Below, piece by piece: positions 25,452-36,983 of a DNA stretch of 64,000 nucleotides. The notes under the pieces were generated by a model. That model had not been told where the DNA came from. It did not search any database and saw only the letters and a list, made by a program, of their open reading frames with translations. Position 1 is the stretch's first letter; every line of letters begins with the position of its first letter. Origin of the DNA: Eledone cirrhosa (Eukaryota); NCBI GenBank assembly GCA_964016885.1, contig OZ024741.1, positions 253,022,001-253,086,000 of the forward strand, in the 5' to 3' direction. A program made the translations under genes and the position numbers.

Positions 25452-25557
25452 TGAGCTCTGATGCTTCAGTTAATAATCAACCGAACTTCTCTTAAAGCAT
25501 CTCCAGGGAAATCCTGAAGATGCTTTAAGAGAATACAAGCTGAAACTACAGAACTCA
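25452..25557. other. ~105-nt hairpin with a 21-bp near-perfect inner stem
   Basis: ttctcttaaagcatctccagg-gaaat-cctgaagatgctttaagagaa, plus an imperfect outer stem. Confidence 0.7.
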
Positions 25558-25602
25558 AGGTTGGATCTTTACTTAATTAATATATATATATATATTGAAT
25601 AC

Positions 25603-25862
25603 ATATGAAAATGAGAAAACTCGTTACTAGAACAGCCATTAAAACAACTAAATACTGTCAAAGACAGTGATGGGCAAACATGCCTCAGAAGCTAGAGAGA
25701 CAATCCACAAGGTGTGTGACAGGCAGATGAAATATAGAAAAGATTGTTGACCACTGGTCACGAGTCTCTGTTCTTTGAGGTATTTTTGCCCATTACTGTC
25801 TTTGACAGCATTTAGCTGTTTTAACGGCTTTTCTAGCGATGAATTTTCTCATTTTTACATAT
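25603..25862. repeat. Diverged ~95-bp inverted repeat (MITE or fold-back)
   Basis: tactgtcaaagacagtgatgggcaaa / tttgcccattactgtctttgacagca and flanking matches. Confidence 0.65.
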
Positions 25863-26139
25863 ATATATATATTTATATATGTAAGTGATTATAATAGAAT
25901 ATTCTACTATTGATTTTGGCAAGGTATGAAAAGCTCAATATGTACTTAAGGTCTTCAGTATGCAAGGAATTCAGAACAATCAAAATAGTCTTCCGAAAGT
26001 TAAAGTTCTTACTGTTGAAGACAGTGAGGGTGGCAAAGCATAAATATTTGAAATGAAGAGAACCAAGAATTTTAAATTAAATCCATCGTTAATATCTACA
26101 ATCATTTCCATACAGGTGATAAGCTTGCATGTATATGCC

Positions 26140-28030
26140 AACAACAAATCAAACAGTTATAATTAATTAACTATTATTCATACAATATACAAAACATCTG
26201 CATATCATCAGGTTTAATAAGTGGGATTGATTTCAACAAAAACACATATTAAAAAACATTAGCCTTAGCAAATGCTGAATATAAGCAAGCAATGAAGAAA
26301 TCAAGCAAAGCAGGGCACGTACAAGGTGGTAATTATGGTGGAGAAGTATTTTTTAGGCTTAGGCATCAAGCAGTTTACATTATTTCAGGAGTTTACATTA
26401 TTTGTAGGCCTTATTTCAGCAGTTTACATTATTTGTAGGCCTTAGAAAAACAATCATACATTGATGATACATACAGAAAGAAAAACAAACAACCAGGAAA
26501 CTATTTTTCTAGGATATTAAAAAGTAGTTTTGGTATACTAGAGGTGACTAAATGATGGGTTAAACCTTGTAGTGGATTTCCTGCGAGTAGATTTAATATT
26601 TCCTGGCTGTGTTACCTAGTTTAGGTTTATGGTAGTTAACGTTCAGAGTGTTAAGTTTCATTCTACTGTAACTTGTATATCAATTTGGTTTGGGATTTGA
26701 ATCAGGCTGATTCAGGATGTGTCTATTGTTAAGTCTTGCTTTTGTTACTTTTATTAATTCTTTTGTGTCAGTTTTTCACATAATTTGTGTCTTCTATATT
26801 ACCTCTATTTTCCCTAAGTGATTATCGCTATAATTACTAGTTTTTGTCGTTTTATTGAATAGTGTACAATTGTTTAGTGTAAGCGTATTTTTATTGCCCG
26901 AGTACAGTCATATTATGCGAGATAATGTTATCAGTTTTGCTGACCATATGATGGTTATCGTTATACCCAATTTTATAATTATAGCCAGATCTTCGTTGTA
27001 ATCTTGAGTGCTCTGATCGAAGCTAGTCTGGTTAGAAGTGAGTCAAGAGATTCAGTTAGATACATTATTAACAATAGATTTTAGTATTGATCTTGGGTGG
27101 TTGGACTGATTATTAACGTAAAATAGATGTTCTCCCAGTTTATGAAAAGGTTTGTATAGTCCAGACTAATGGTTTAAGTTTACATCTGGAAAGTTTACTA
27201 CTGTATTATTAGTGTATATAGTTATTATAAGGTTACACTTCTTCAACAATTTATGTAAACGTTTTTTATTCAACTCAAGGTTTCTATTATTGTTACTAAT
27301 GGTGAAGAGAGACACCTCCACGATATAGGCCTTTTTCGAAGTGTGGGAAAATGCCTTTTAGTTTATTTAGTAAGAAAATACTCACTAAATCAGTGACTTG
27401 AGTGAAATCACTTGAACCCATTGTAATATCGAAATTATTAGGGCAGTTTTTCGGGTCCAAGGGCAACCATCAAACTCAATTATGGTCTTCCTAGCAGTTA
27501 GTATTATATCGATTTCTGCCCTAGTTAAGTTGCTAGCACTTTTAGCCATTAAAGCCCTATTTAGGAAGTTGGAGGATATAGAACTATCTATATCGAATTG
27601 TATAACATTTTGTTTATTTTATTCTGAAGTTTTGTGAACCAGTCTATAACTTCATCGGTGTTATTTCATAATTTTAAGCTTAGTTTTTATTTCAAATCAG
27701 AGATAACTCTGTTTAAAACGTTTTTGTTTACTGATGTTACCTATTTCAGAGGAAGTTGAACACATTAGCCTGATAGAAGTCAATCTTGTGGACTTTTAAT
27801 GTAAATTCAGGGGTTTGTGGGATATATGGTTCAGTTTAACACTGTAGGTCTAATTTGTTTACAATGAGATTCATTTCTCTATTCATATTATCCAAGTTTT
27901 CATTAGTAGTTTTTCTGTATTTCTTATTCAGTTCCTTATGTATAAATGATTTATGAGTTGCAAAATCAACACTATATATATTTTTGTTTTTGTCAGCCAT
28001 TACAAGTAGAGTGGACTGAGAACAAAACAT
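26140..28030 (-). mobile_element. Decayed Penelope-like RT element with a degenerate hammerhead downstream (26148-26216)
   Basis: ADKNKNIY, FIQFDI, FDITMGSSD..VTDLV, GLYR and VVNFPDVNLN..SNHP parallel the 62-63 kb element. CTGATGA, a stem II and GAAT lie at 26211-26175. Confidence 0.75.
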
Positions 28031-28519
28031 TGATGAACACCCACCTGCACATTGAATTCTTTACTAAACTAATCACTTTTTCTCAATTTGCTGTCTATAT
28101 CACTGTATATCATTTGCACGATTCTCACAAGCTACTTAATATACAACTAGTTTCCTTAGATAGTGGTACTCTCTATAAGATTTCACTGATTTACAAAACT
28201 AGGAAATTTGAAACTATAGTCGCCACAGTGGAGTTAACTATAGTAATAGTTGATAACTATTTATAATAATTCAATAAGTCAGAAAAAAAATGAACAATGT
28301 CTACTTTTGTCCATTTTCAGTGGTACATTACTTGAATTATTCAACTTTATTCATAGTTATCTGCATTGTGGCCATCATATTTTCAAATTATATATATATA
28401 CACACACAAACACATCATATATTTGTATATTTGTTTGTGTGCATACGTTCACCTATATAGCTCTTAAGGACTATTTCCAATCAAATCCTTAGTATATATT
28501 AATAACTCTCTTCAAAAGA

Positions 28520-29330
28520 AGATAAATATTTATTAAGTGTATACTTGATGCATTATTTGACCTTAAGATTTGTAAGGTATAAGATGACGAAAATCAAGCA
28601 TAGTTGATTTCTATTAATATCTATCTGATTTCCACTTTCTGAAAACTGTAATTTGGCAAAAGATTTACAACCATTGACAATATTAACACTACAAAATTTT
28701 CTTTAGTTCATGACAACGTTTTCTGAGTCAAAAAAGAGTGACTAACTATTCAACATCTTCATGGGAAAAAAAACCCCCAATAAAACAAAAAAAACATTAG
28801 AAATACTAGGTCTTTTCCTCTTAGACACACATAACAAATGAATTAGCTCCAATAGGCCAGAACTGCACTGAGATGACAGTTTAGCAGTTTTTTTTTATAA
28901 CATGGCCAGCCACTAAATGGACAAGTTTAGATCTTATAAACATATTAAAGAAAAACATTTGAATATCGCTATCAACATCTATCTAAGAATGCATTCCATT
29001 ATATCTGGTCACATGCAAACATGCACCCTATATATAACTAAACAAGGAAACCATATAGATATATCTAAAAAAATCCAGCCACCCCAATCATAATTAGGAA
29101 TCTTATAAAAGACATTAGTAAAATTTGCAGCTTATTCTCTGACGGATATTGCCAATTATATTGCCTCCTATTATAACAACGCACTTACAAGAATAGACTT
29201 TAGCAAAAATATAAGGACACCTCCTTCCCGTATAATAGCACAGTCTGTAAGAGAAAAAGATAACTTGATTCAACCCCCCTTACAACATGAACGCAATCAC
29301 GAATATATCTCAAAATTGAAGTTTTCTCTA
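28520..29330 (+). mobile_element. Very decayed Penelope-like RT/thumb fragment
   Basis: Remnants FNIFMG, S.HP..IIRNL and YYNNAL in broken frames. Confidence 0.45.
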
Positions 29331-29586
29331 TTAGCCCAGACTTAGGCCCTCCATTCATCTTCTTGTCACCTGAATAATTGTACTAGCCAAGAAACTCTGA
29401 GTAGTGTCATAATGGATGTTTAGTTGTTTTCAATCAAATGAATAAACTCTATTACATGTATTGAGTACTTTTGCTAGTTTGTAACAATTATGATTTTCTT
29501 TTCTTTCTTTGGCTAAGAAGAAAATGTCACTAGAATATTATTTTTGCTGTATTACATTCAGTACACCCCTTCTTTCCTCATTTATC

Positions 29587-29808
29587 TAACCCTTTAGCAT
29601 TTACATTACTCTATATATACTATTGTATTTTTGTGGCTTTATCTTATATAATTATCTGCTATAATATCAAATTTATGAGATTTTGATGTTATTTATTTTG
29701 AGAACAATACTTTAACATGAGTATGAGTGGCCAGTTACAGCCAGTTTGAACAGAAAGATGTGAGAGAATTCTGGCTGGATATGGTGAGTTTAAATGTTAA
29801 AGGGTTAA
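29587..29808. mobile_element. piggyBac-like MITE
   Basis: taaccctttagcattta...taaatgttaaagggttaa. Confidence 0.75.
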
Positions 29809-30059
29809 ATTTATACCATGGCTCACTTTTATTTATTAATTATGCAAATTATAATTCTTTTTCTATATGCAAAAATATCTATCACCTGATCAAGCAGGCT
29901 AATGAGGTCTAATAGACTGAAACATGTGTCTGCAAGTAAAGAATAGGCGTAAGCATATAAATTAAATTTCAGAGATTAATTCTTAATTTTTTGAAATTAT
30001 CTTCCCCTTTCTTTGAAATACATTGATAATTACCACTAGGTTTCATTTTTTTCTCCAAG

Positions 30060-30460
30060 TAGTATAGTTTGCATGAAAGAAGGGTATATTGGTATGGGCA
30101 TGTGATATAAATGGATGAGGAACATTAGATAAAGAAGTGTTAGGTTATACATGCCAGTGGAAGGAAGCTGCAGAAAGACTGACAAAGGAAGCTGCCGAAA
30201 GACTGACAAAGATGGTTAGACTTGATCTCAAACCCTACACATAAGTAAAACAAGATCTGATAATATATATATATATTTGTATATTATCATCATCATCATC
30301 ATCACCATTTTACGTCGATTCTTCCAGGCTAACATGGGTTAGACGGGTTGTCCTGTTGTGGGCAATGTTAGATTGGCTGACCCTGTCTTGCTCATACAGG
30401 AACTGATTTTGGCTTGGTTTCTACAGCTGGATGCCCTTCCTAACACCAACCTCATTCACA
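30060..30460. mobile_element. Old RTE fragment (+, ~30060-30250) and RTE/SINE tail fragment (-, 30285-30460)
   Basis: WYGHV..MDE motif; the tail matches 3631-3790. Confidence 0.65.
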
Positions 30461-30705
30461 TATATATGTATACATATATATATATATATATATATTTCGT
30501 TTCTGAATTTGTTTAGCAAGATTCTTTATCTGAAAACGTGCGTTGAAACCGATATTGTTATACTTTAGGAGGGTCATGTTGCCAATAAGAAACACACGCA
30601 CCAGTTGCTTTCACTTCAATTTATTATAATAAATTTATAAATTTAGGAATTTATAAATTTCCGGTTGGTTGGTTGGTTCCACAACCAGATGGTTGTTTAT
30701 ATATT

Positions 30706-30748
30706 GTCAAAGTTATTTCGTCACACATTCTGTGACCTCTTCAGTGAC
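30706..30748 (-). ncRNA. Type I hammerhead motif in the pLTR (stem III mismatch)
   Basis: gtca-CTGAAGA-g gtcaca gaatg tgtgac-GAAA-TAAC-TT-tgac. Confidence 0.6.
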
Positions 30749-31333
30749 TGGGGGTTCTTTTCTTTGTTTTTTGTGCCTCTCCTTTGTTCTGTCCTATGCC
30801 ATCTTGTTTGTGTGTGTGTGTTGTGTGCTTAGTTTGCGCATGTGTTACATCCGGGTGACTGTGTGTGTTTATATTCGTTTATTTATTTGTTTATTTACAT
30901 GTTACTGGTTGGTTGTTTGTTCTATGTGCATGTGTGTTTTCATTTTGTCCTTAAGTGTAAGTTGTGATGTTGCTGTTCCACTCCTGGTTTCTATTTAATT
31001 TTGGTTGTAATTCATTTATGTTTATTGCCTAGGCAATAAACATAAATGCCGAGGCAATAAACATAAATGAATTACAACCAAAATTAAATAGAAACCAGGA
31101 GTGGAACAGCAACATCACAACTTACAATTAAGGACAAAAGGAAAACACACACGCACATAGAACAAACAACCAACCAGTAACATGTAAATAAACAAATAAA
31201 TAAACAAATATACCCACACACAGACACCCGGATGTAACACATGCGCAAACTAAGCACACAACACACACACAAAAACAAGATGGCATAGGACAGAACAAAG
31301 GAGAGGCACAAAAAACAAAGAAAAGAATCCCCA

Positions 31334-31376
31334 GTCACTGAAGAGGTCACAGAATGTGTGACGAAAGAACTTTGAC
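31334..31376 (+). ncRNA. Type I hammerhead motif in the pLTR
   Basis: gtca-CTGAAGA-g gtcaca gaatg tgtgac-GAAA-GAAC-TT-tgac. Confidence 0.7.
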
Positions 31377-31576
31377 AATATATAAACAACCATCTGGTTG
31401 TGGAACCAACCAACCAACCGGAAATTTATAAATTCCTAAATTTATAAATTTATTATAATAAATTGAAGTGAAAGCAACTGGTGCGTGTGTTTCTTATTGG
31501 CAACATGACCCTCCCAAAGTATAACAATATATATATATACATATATGTATATATATATGTATATATATATGTATGT

Positions 31577-31864
31577 GGAGGCACGTGGCCTAGTGGTAAG
31601 AGTTTTGGACTTACGATCATAATGTCATGGGTTCGATTCCCGGGTTGCGTGTTGTGTTCTTGAGCAAAACACTTCATTTCAAGTTGCTCCAGTATACTCA
31701 GCTGAAAATCAGTACCAGCAATAGCTGGAGGTTTAACCCTGCGATGGACTGGCGTCCTGTCCAGGGGAGAGTCTTGACCCTCAGTCGCTTCACGCCATGA
31801 AACCGGGATAAGCACCGGCCAAATGAGCCTTCTGGCTTAAGACAGACTTTAGACTTTAGACTTT
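31577..31864 (+). mobile_element. tRNA/CORE-like SINE with a different 3' part and a (GACTTTA)n tail
   Basis: A box tggcctagtggt, B box ggttcgattcc, body tcttgagcaaaacact, then gcgatggactggcgtcctgtccagggg. Confidence 0.85.
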
Positions 31865-31929
31865 TATATATATGTATATGTAGATATATATATATATGTA
31901 TACGTATATATATATATATGTATATATAT

Positions 31930-32272
31930 ACAATGAAATTAAATAAATGGAAACTATATTTATAAAATGCTTTCATCAGATAAAATACAAAGTTTGTTTT
32001 ATAATTGTTTTATAAAATCATACCTTATCGGTTGGAAATTCACTGGATAGTGGAAATATATTAGGGATTATTCAAACTTATGTGTGAATATGCAAATGAA
32101 TATGTAAATAATTGAAAAATAACCGTTTATTTTATGTCTCTATTTATAAAATAAACTTTGTATTTTATCTGATGAAAGCGTACCAATGTTGTCTTGGTTA
32201 CCTTTGAAATATATATAATAAAATAAATATGGTTTTATAAATATAGTTTCCATTTATTTAATATCATTGAAT
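31930..32272. mobile_element. Fold-back element; the right arm has a complete hammerhead and the left arm only its 5' half
   Basis: 31931-32003 is the reverse complement of 32144-32270 except for a ~50-bp segment missing from the left arm. Confidence 0.7.
32161..32225 (+). ncRNA. Type I hammerhead ribozyme with an intact core
   Basis: tattttat-CTGATGA-aag cgt accaa tgttgtc ttggt tac ctt t-GAAA-TATATA-TA-ataaaata. Stem I is a perfect 8 bp; stem III is the palindrome ATATATAT. Confidence 0.8.
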
Positions 32273-32446
32273 ATTTACTCCAGTCAACTGTTGAGTGCTC
32301 TAAATCAGTTATAAACATTTATGTTTGTCGGACTTCCAACAAATTAAATACCACTTCTACTTATATATATATATATATATATATTAGAAAGTGAGGTTTT
32401 TTTACAAAATGAAAAATAACCGAGGTGTCCTACACGAGTGAAAGTA

Positions 32447-32703
32447 TAAAGAAAAAAAGATGCAATCGAAAATGCAACTGGAGTCTTATTTTTTTTAAAA
32501 TATATATATTTATTTGGTTCCTTTACCGGTTTCGCAGTTCTTCTGCTTTTCAAAAGATGTGAGAAAAACCACAGACCCTCCATCTCAACTCTACTTTTGA
32601 AAAGCAGAAGAACTGCGAAACTGGTAAAGGAACCAAATAAATATATATTTTTTTTAAATATAAGACTCCAGTTGCATTTTCGATTTCATCTTTTTTTCTT
32701 TAT
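32447..32703. mobile_element. Fold-back element (~115-bp arms) with a hammerhead 3' half on each arm
   Basis: ctgc-GAAAC-CG/TG-GTA-aaggaacc at 32516-32537 (-) and 32613-32634 (+); no CTGANGA is present. Confidence 0.65.
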
Positions 32704-32736
32704 ATATATATACATATATAGATATATATAAATATA

Positions 32737-33576
32737 TATTTCGTTTCTGAATTTGTTTAGCAAGATTCTTTATCTGAAAACGTGTGTTGAAACCGATATT
32801 GTTATACTTTGGGAGGGTCATATTGCCAATAAGAAACACACGCACCAGTTGCTTTCACTTCAATTTATTATAATAAATTTATAAATTTAGGAATTTATAA
32901 ATTTCTGGTTGGTTGGTTCCACAACCAGATAGTTGTTTATATATTGTCAAAGTTCTTTCGTCACACATTCTGTGACCTCTTCAGTGACTGGGGATTCTTT
33001 TCTTTGTTTTTGTGCCTCTCCTTTGTTCTGTCCTACGCCATTTTGTTTCTGTGTGTGTGTTGTGTGCTCAGTCTGCGCATGCGCCACATCCGGGTGTCTG
33101 TGTGTGTTTATATTTGTTTATTTATTTGTTTATTTACATGTTACCGGTTGGTTGTTTGTTCTATGTGCGTGTGTGTTTTCATTTTGTCCTTAATTGTAAG
33201 TTGTGATGTTGCTGTTCCACTCATATTTTCTATTTAATTTTGGTTGTAATTCTTTTATGTTTATTGCCTCTGTGATTTGTCTAAACATTGCGTCTTTTCT
33301 GTGTGTAGTTCTATTTTTATTTCTATGTTCTCTAATTTACCCTTATGTTCTATTTTAGCATGTTGGTAGAGTACAGATGATTCTTTACTATCTTGAAGGT
33401 CTCGCCAGTGTTCATTTATCCGTTCCCCTACACTACGAGCTGTCTCACCTATGTACACTATATTTTTGTCTCTACATTGTCCTTCAGTACATCTTATGCT
33501 ATATACTACATTTCTAGTTTTACAGTTAATATGGGGGCTTATTTTACAGGTTATACATTTCTTATCTATACAGGGG

Positions 33577-33578
<2 letters not shown>
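32737..33578 (-). mobile_element. Penelope-like (Neptune-type) 3' fragment: Cys-rich linker, GIY-YIG endonuclease and pLTR with hammerhead (32946-32988)
   Basis: Translation PCIDKKCITC..NCKTRNVVYSIRC..YIGETARSVGERINEH. The hammerhead is downstream on the same strand. Confidence 0.85.
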
Positions 33579-33604
<26 letters not shown>

Positions 33605-33607
<3 letters not shown>

Positions 33608-33742
33608 GGAACAAGTAGGACCCCGACGGTTTGAGCTCAGCCGTCAGGGTCCTACTTGTTCCTATTACCCACTCTACTATCCTAAGTATTGAGTACTTTG
33701 GTGCGTTATGGTCCATCTGGTTCCTTACCACATTTCCTTCGT

Positions 33743-33776
<34 letters not shown>

Positions 33777-33837
33777 AATATATACATATATACATATATA
33801 TATATACATATATATATATACATATATATATATATAC

Positions 33838-33868
<31 letters not shown>

Positions 33869-34065
33869 CATAGGAACAAGTAAGACCCCGACGGCTGAGC
33901 TCAAGCCGTTTCGACGGCTAATTCTGGACGGAATTAGCCGTCGAAACGGCCTGAGCTCAGCCGTCGGGGTCTTACTTATTCCTATTACCCACTCAACTAC
34001 CCTAAGTATTGAGTACTTTGGTGCGTTATGGTCCACCTGGTTCCTTACCACATTTCCTTCGTTAT
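33605..34065. mobile_element. Two palindromic Penelope-type fragments (family of 24115) separated by (TA)n
   Basis: 33606-33664 is a palindrome centred on gagctc; 33870-33984 is a palindrome centred on aattc-tggacg-gaatt. Confidence 0.75.
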
Positions 34066-34097
34066 ATATATATACATATATATATATATATACATAC

Positions 34098-34176
<79 letters not shown>

Positions 34177-35622
34177 GCGGTACAAGCCATGTATAGGAGA
34201 GCAGTTAGGATTAGCAATGAGTATAGCGAGGAATTTAGCGTACAGGTTGGGGTCCACCAGGGCTCTGTTCTTAGCCCCCTCCTGTTCATCATAGTCCTGC
34301 AGGCAATAACGGAGGAGTTTAAGACCGGATGCCCATGGGAACTCCTGTATGCTGATGACCTCACACTCATAGCTGAATCTATGGTAGAACTAGAGAATAA
34401 ATTCCAAACTTGGAAGCAGGGACTAGAAAGAAAGGGTCTCAAAGTCAACATGACAAAGACTAAGGTCTTTGTAAGTAGATGAGAAAACAGAATCCAGATC
34501 CCCTCAGGGAAATGGCCTTGCTCAATATGTAGGAAAGGTGTGGGTAGAAACTCCATTCTCTGCCCCAAATGCAAACAATGGGTACACAAGAGATGTAGCG
34601 GGATCTCAGGAAGCTTAATTAAGAATGTAGGCTTCACATGCAGCAACTGTGCTGAGACAGCAAGCAGCAAACAGCCACAGGAAACAAGTACCACCAATCT
34701 CTGGGAGGGCTCTGTAGAAACAGTAGACAGCTTCTGCTACCTAGGTGACCGAATTAGCAGCGGAGGTGGGTGTTCAGAAAGTACAATAACTAGGGTAAGA
34801 ACGGGATGGAAGAAGTTTAAGGAACTACTACCACTGCTAGCTGCAAAAGGCTTCTCCCTCAGAATGAAAGGCAGACTGTATGATGCGTGTATCCGAACAG
34901 CAATGTTGCATGGTAGTGAGACCTGGGCGCTGAAGGTGGAAGACTTACGTAGATTAGAGAGAAACGAAGCCTGCATGCTCCGATGGATGTGTAACAGTAA
35001 TATACGTGAACGACAAAGCATAAATGAATTGAGAGAGAGACTGAGCATAAGAGGAATCAAATGCTGTGTGCAGGAGAGGCGGTTGCGCTGGTATGGACAT
35101 GTGATGCGTATGAAGGATGACAGCTGCATAAAAAGGTGCAGAGCACTAGAAGTTGATGGAAACCGCGGAGTGGGGAGACCCAAGATGACCTGGGATGAGG
35201 TGATAAAAGCCGACCTTACCCAATTACACCTCTCAAAGGCAATGACACACGACCGTGACTTCTGGCGTCACGCAGTAATACAGAGTACCCGACCTCCCAT
35301 GGGTACAAGCTGAAGCATATAGACAATATGGCCCCACACCCCCCACCGCAAGGTGGTCGTGGAGGTGCCACGGCAAAAAAGCACCCAGCCCACACTGTAA
35401 AGTGGACGTGTAGGCGCCACGAAAAAGCACCCAGCACTCACTGTAAATGAGGTTGGTGTTAGGAAGGGCATCCAGCTGTAGAAATCAAGCCAGATCAGTT
35501 CCTGTATGAGCAAGGCATGGTCAGCCGACCAGACACTGCCCACAACAGGACAACCCGTCTAACCCATGCTAGCGTGGAAGAACGGACGTAAAACGGTGAT
35601 GATGATGATGATGATGATGATA
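34177..35622 (+). mobile_element. 5'-truncated RTE LINE (long 3' UTR, tail type A)
   Basis: [18 protein letters not shown] and a PHD-like finger; one internal stop at ~34480. Confidence 0.95.
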
Positions 35623-35672
35623 TATATATATATATATATATATATATGCTAGCAGGGAAAAACAGACATTAA

Positions 35673-35707
<35 letters not shown>

Positions 35708-35957
35708 ATCACCATATGTATGAATATTTTTATAAATCTATGTGATTTCTGTGATAATAAGTCTGTGTATTTATTAGCTGTCTACACCAGACCAAATATA
35801 TACAAGAGTTTGTGACTAAATTACTTCAGACAGCTGCTGTCTGGTGACATTGGCATGTGATGGTCACAAAGAGAGGTATGAGAGTGAGAGTGAATGTGGG
35901 AGTGGGAGAGAGTGTGAAAGAGAAAGTGATATTGAGTGTGAGTGAGAGTGAGGGAGA

Positions 35958-35994
<37 letters not shown>

Positions 35995-36550
35995 ATGTAT
36001 TAGTAGTGAAAATATTTATTGATGTCTGTTGTTTTTCTATAGGATGTGGTTGATTGTGGGGAGATTATATGGTGATGGTGATGTTGTTGTTGTTGTTGCT
36101 GCTGCTGCTGCTGGTAATGTTGTACTGATGGTGGTGATGATGTTAGTGGTGGCTATGTATTTATGAAATCTCTTGACACACACATTCACATACTCTCACT
36201 CACATACATTCACACACATACATACACACACTTTCACTCCTGCTCTCTCTCTCTCTATCTCACACACATATACTCACAATCGCGCGCACATAAATAAAGA
36301 CACACTTATTCACATTTAATCTGTTGACTCTCTACATCTTCATCTCTCACTCTCGTTTTTACTGGTATGAATATATAAGTAGAGATGAGTTCTGATAGAG
36401 TGTCTCTTAACAATGTTAATACCAGCTTGTCTAAAATCTTGTCTGGTTCCATGAAATATAAGCAACTATTTTAAAGGGTTTCTGATTAAATTGAAATCTT
36501 CCAACACTATTTGATATAAGAACATTTTGTAAAGTTAACTAACAATAACA

Positions 36551-36983
36551 TCTTCTTTGCCCACTTATTCCTGAGAGGGTCGTGGAGGCAGAGTCTTCAA
36601 GCACTCCTTCAGTGGGTCCTGTCAGATGCAACCATTTCCAACTGATCTGGCTGGATCCCCAAGTGTGACCAGCCAAGCTCATGGATGCTATCCAACCATC
36701 TTGCTCAGGGTCTGGTCTACTCTTGGGTCACTTGCTGGTTAGTTTTTGCCTGTAAAATCTGTCCAGCGATTCTTTCCTGAGACATTCTAACCACATATCC
36801 ATAGTATTGGAGCTGTAATTTCACAATTCGGAGAAGTATCAGCTCTATCTGGAATGACTCTCTGATCTCTGAGCTATACACTCTATCAAGTAACATTACT
36901 CCATAGACTCTTCAGAGGAACATCATTTCAGCCACTTGTATTTGCGATCGTATACTTTCGGTCATTACCCAAGATTCATGCCA
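36551..36983 (-). mobile_element. RTE-like (GAA-tail) LINE 3' fragment
   Basis: Matches 14430-14787 and extends to a HESWV motif. Confidence 0.8.

Larger units (their letters stand above)
30493..31530. mobile_element. Inverted pair of Penelope pLTRs (~480-bp arms)
   Basis: 30552-31030 is the reverse complement of 31052-31530 (twin ORFs 30669+ and 31084-). The centre is the palindrome ttattgcctaggcaataa. (TA)n flanks. Confidence 0.85.

Noticed and set aside
31577-31655. tRNA genes (here and at other A/B-box sites)
   Set aside because: They are SINE heads that continue into SINE bodies, with no complete cloverleaf.
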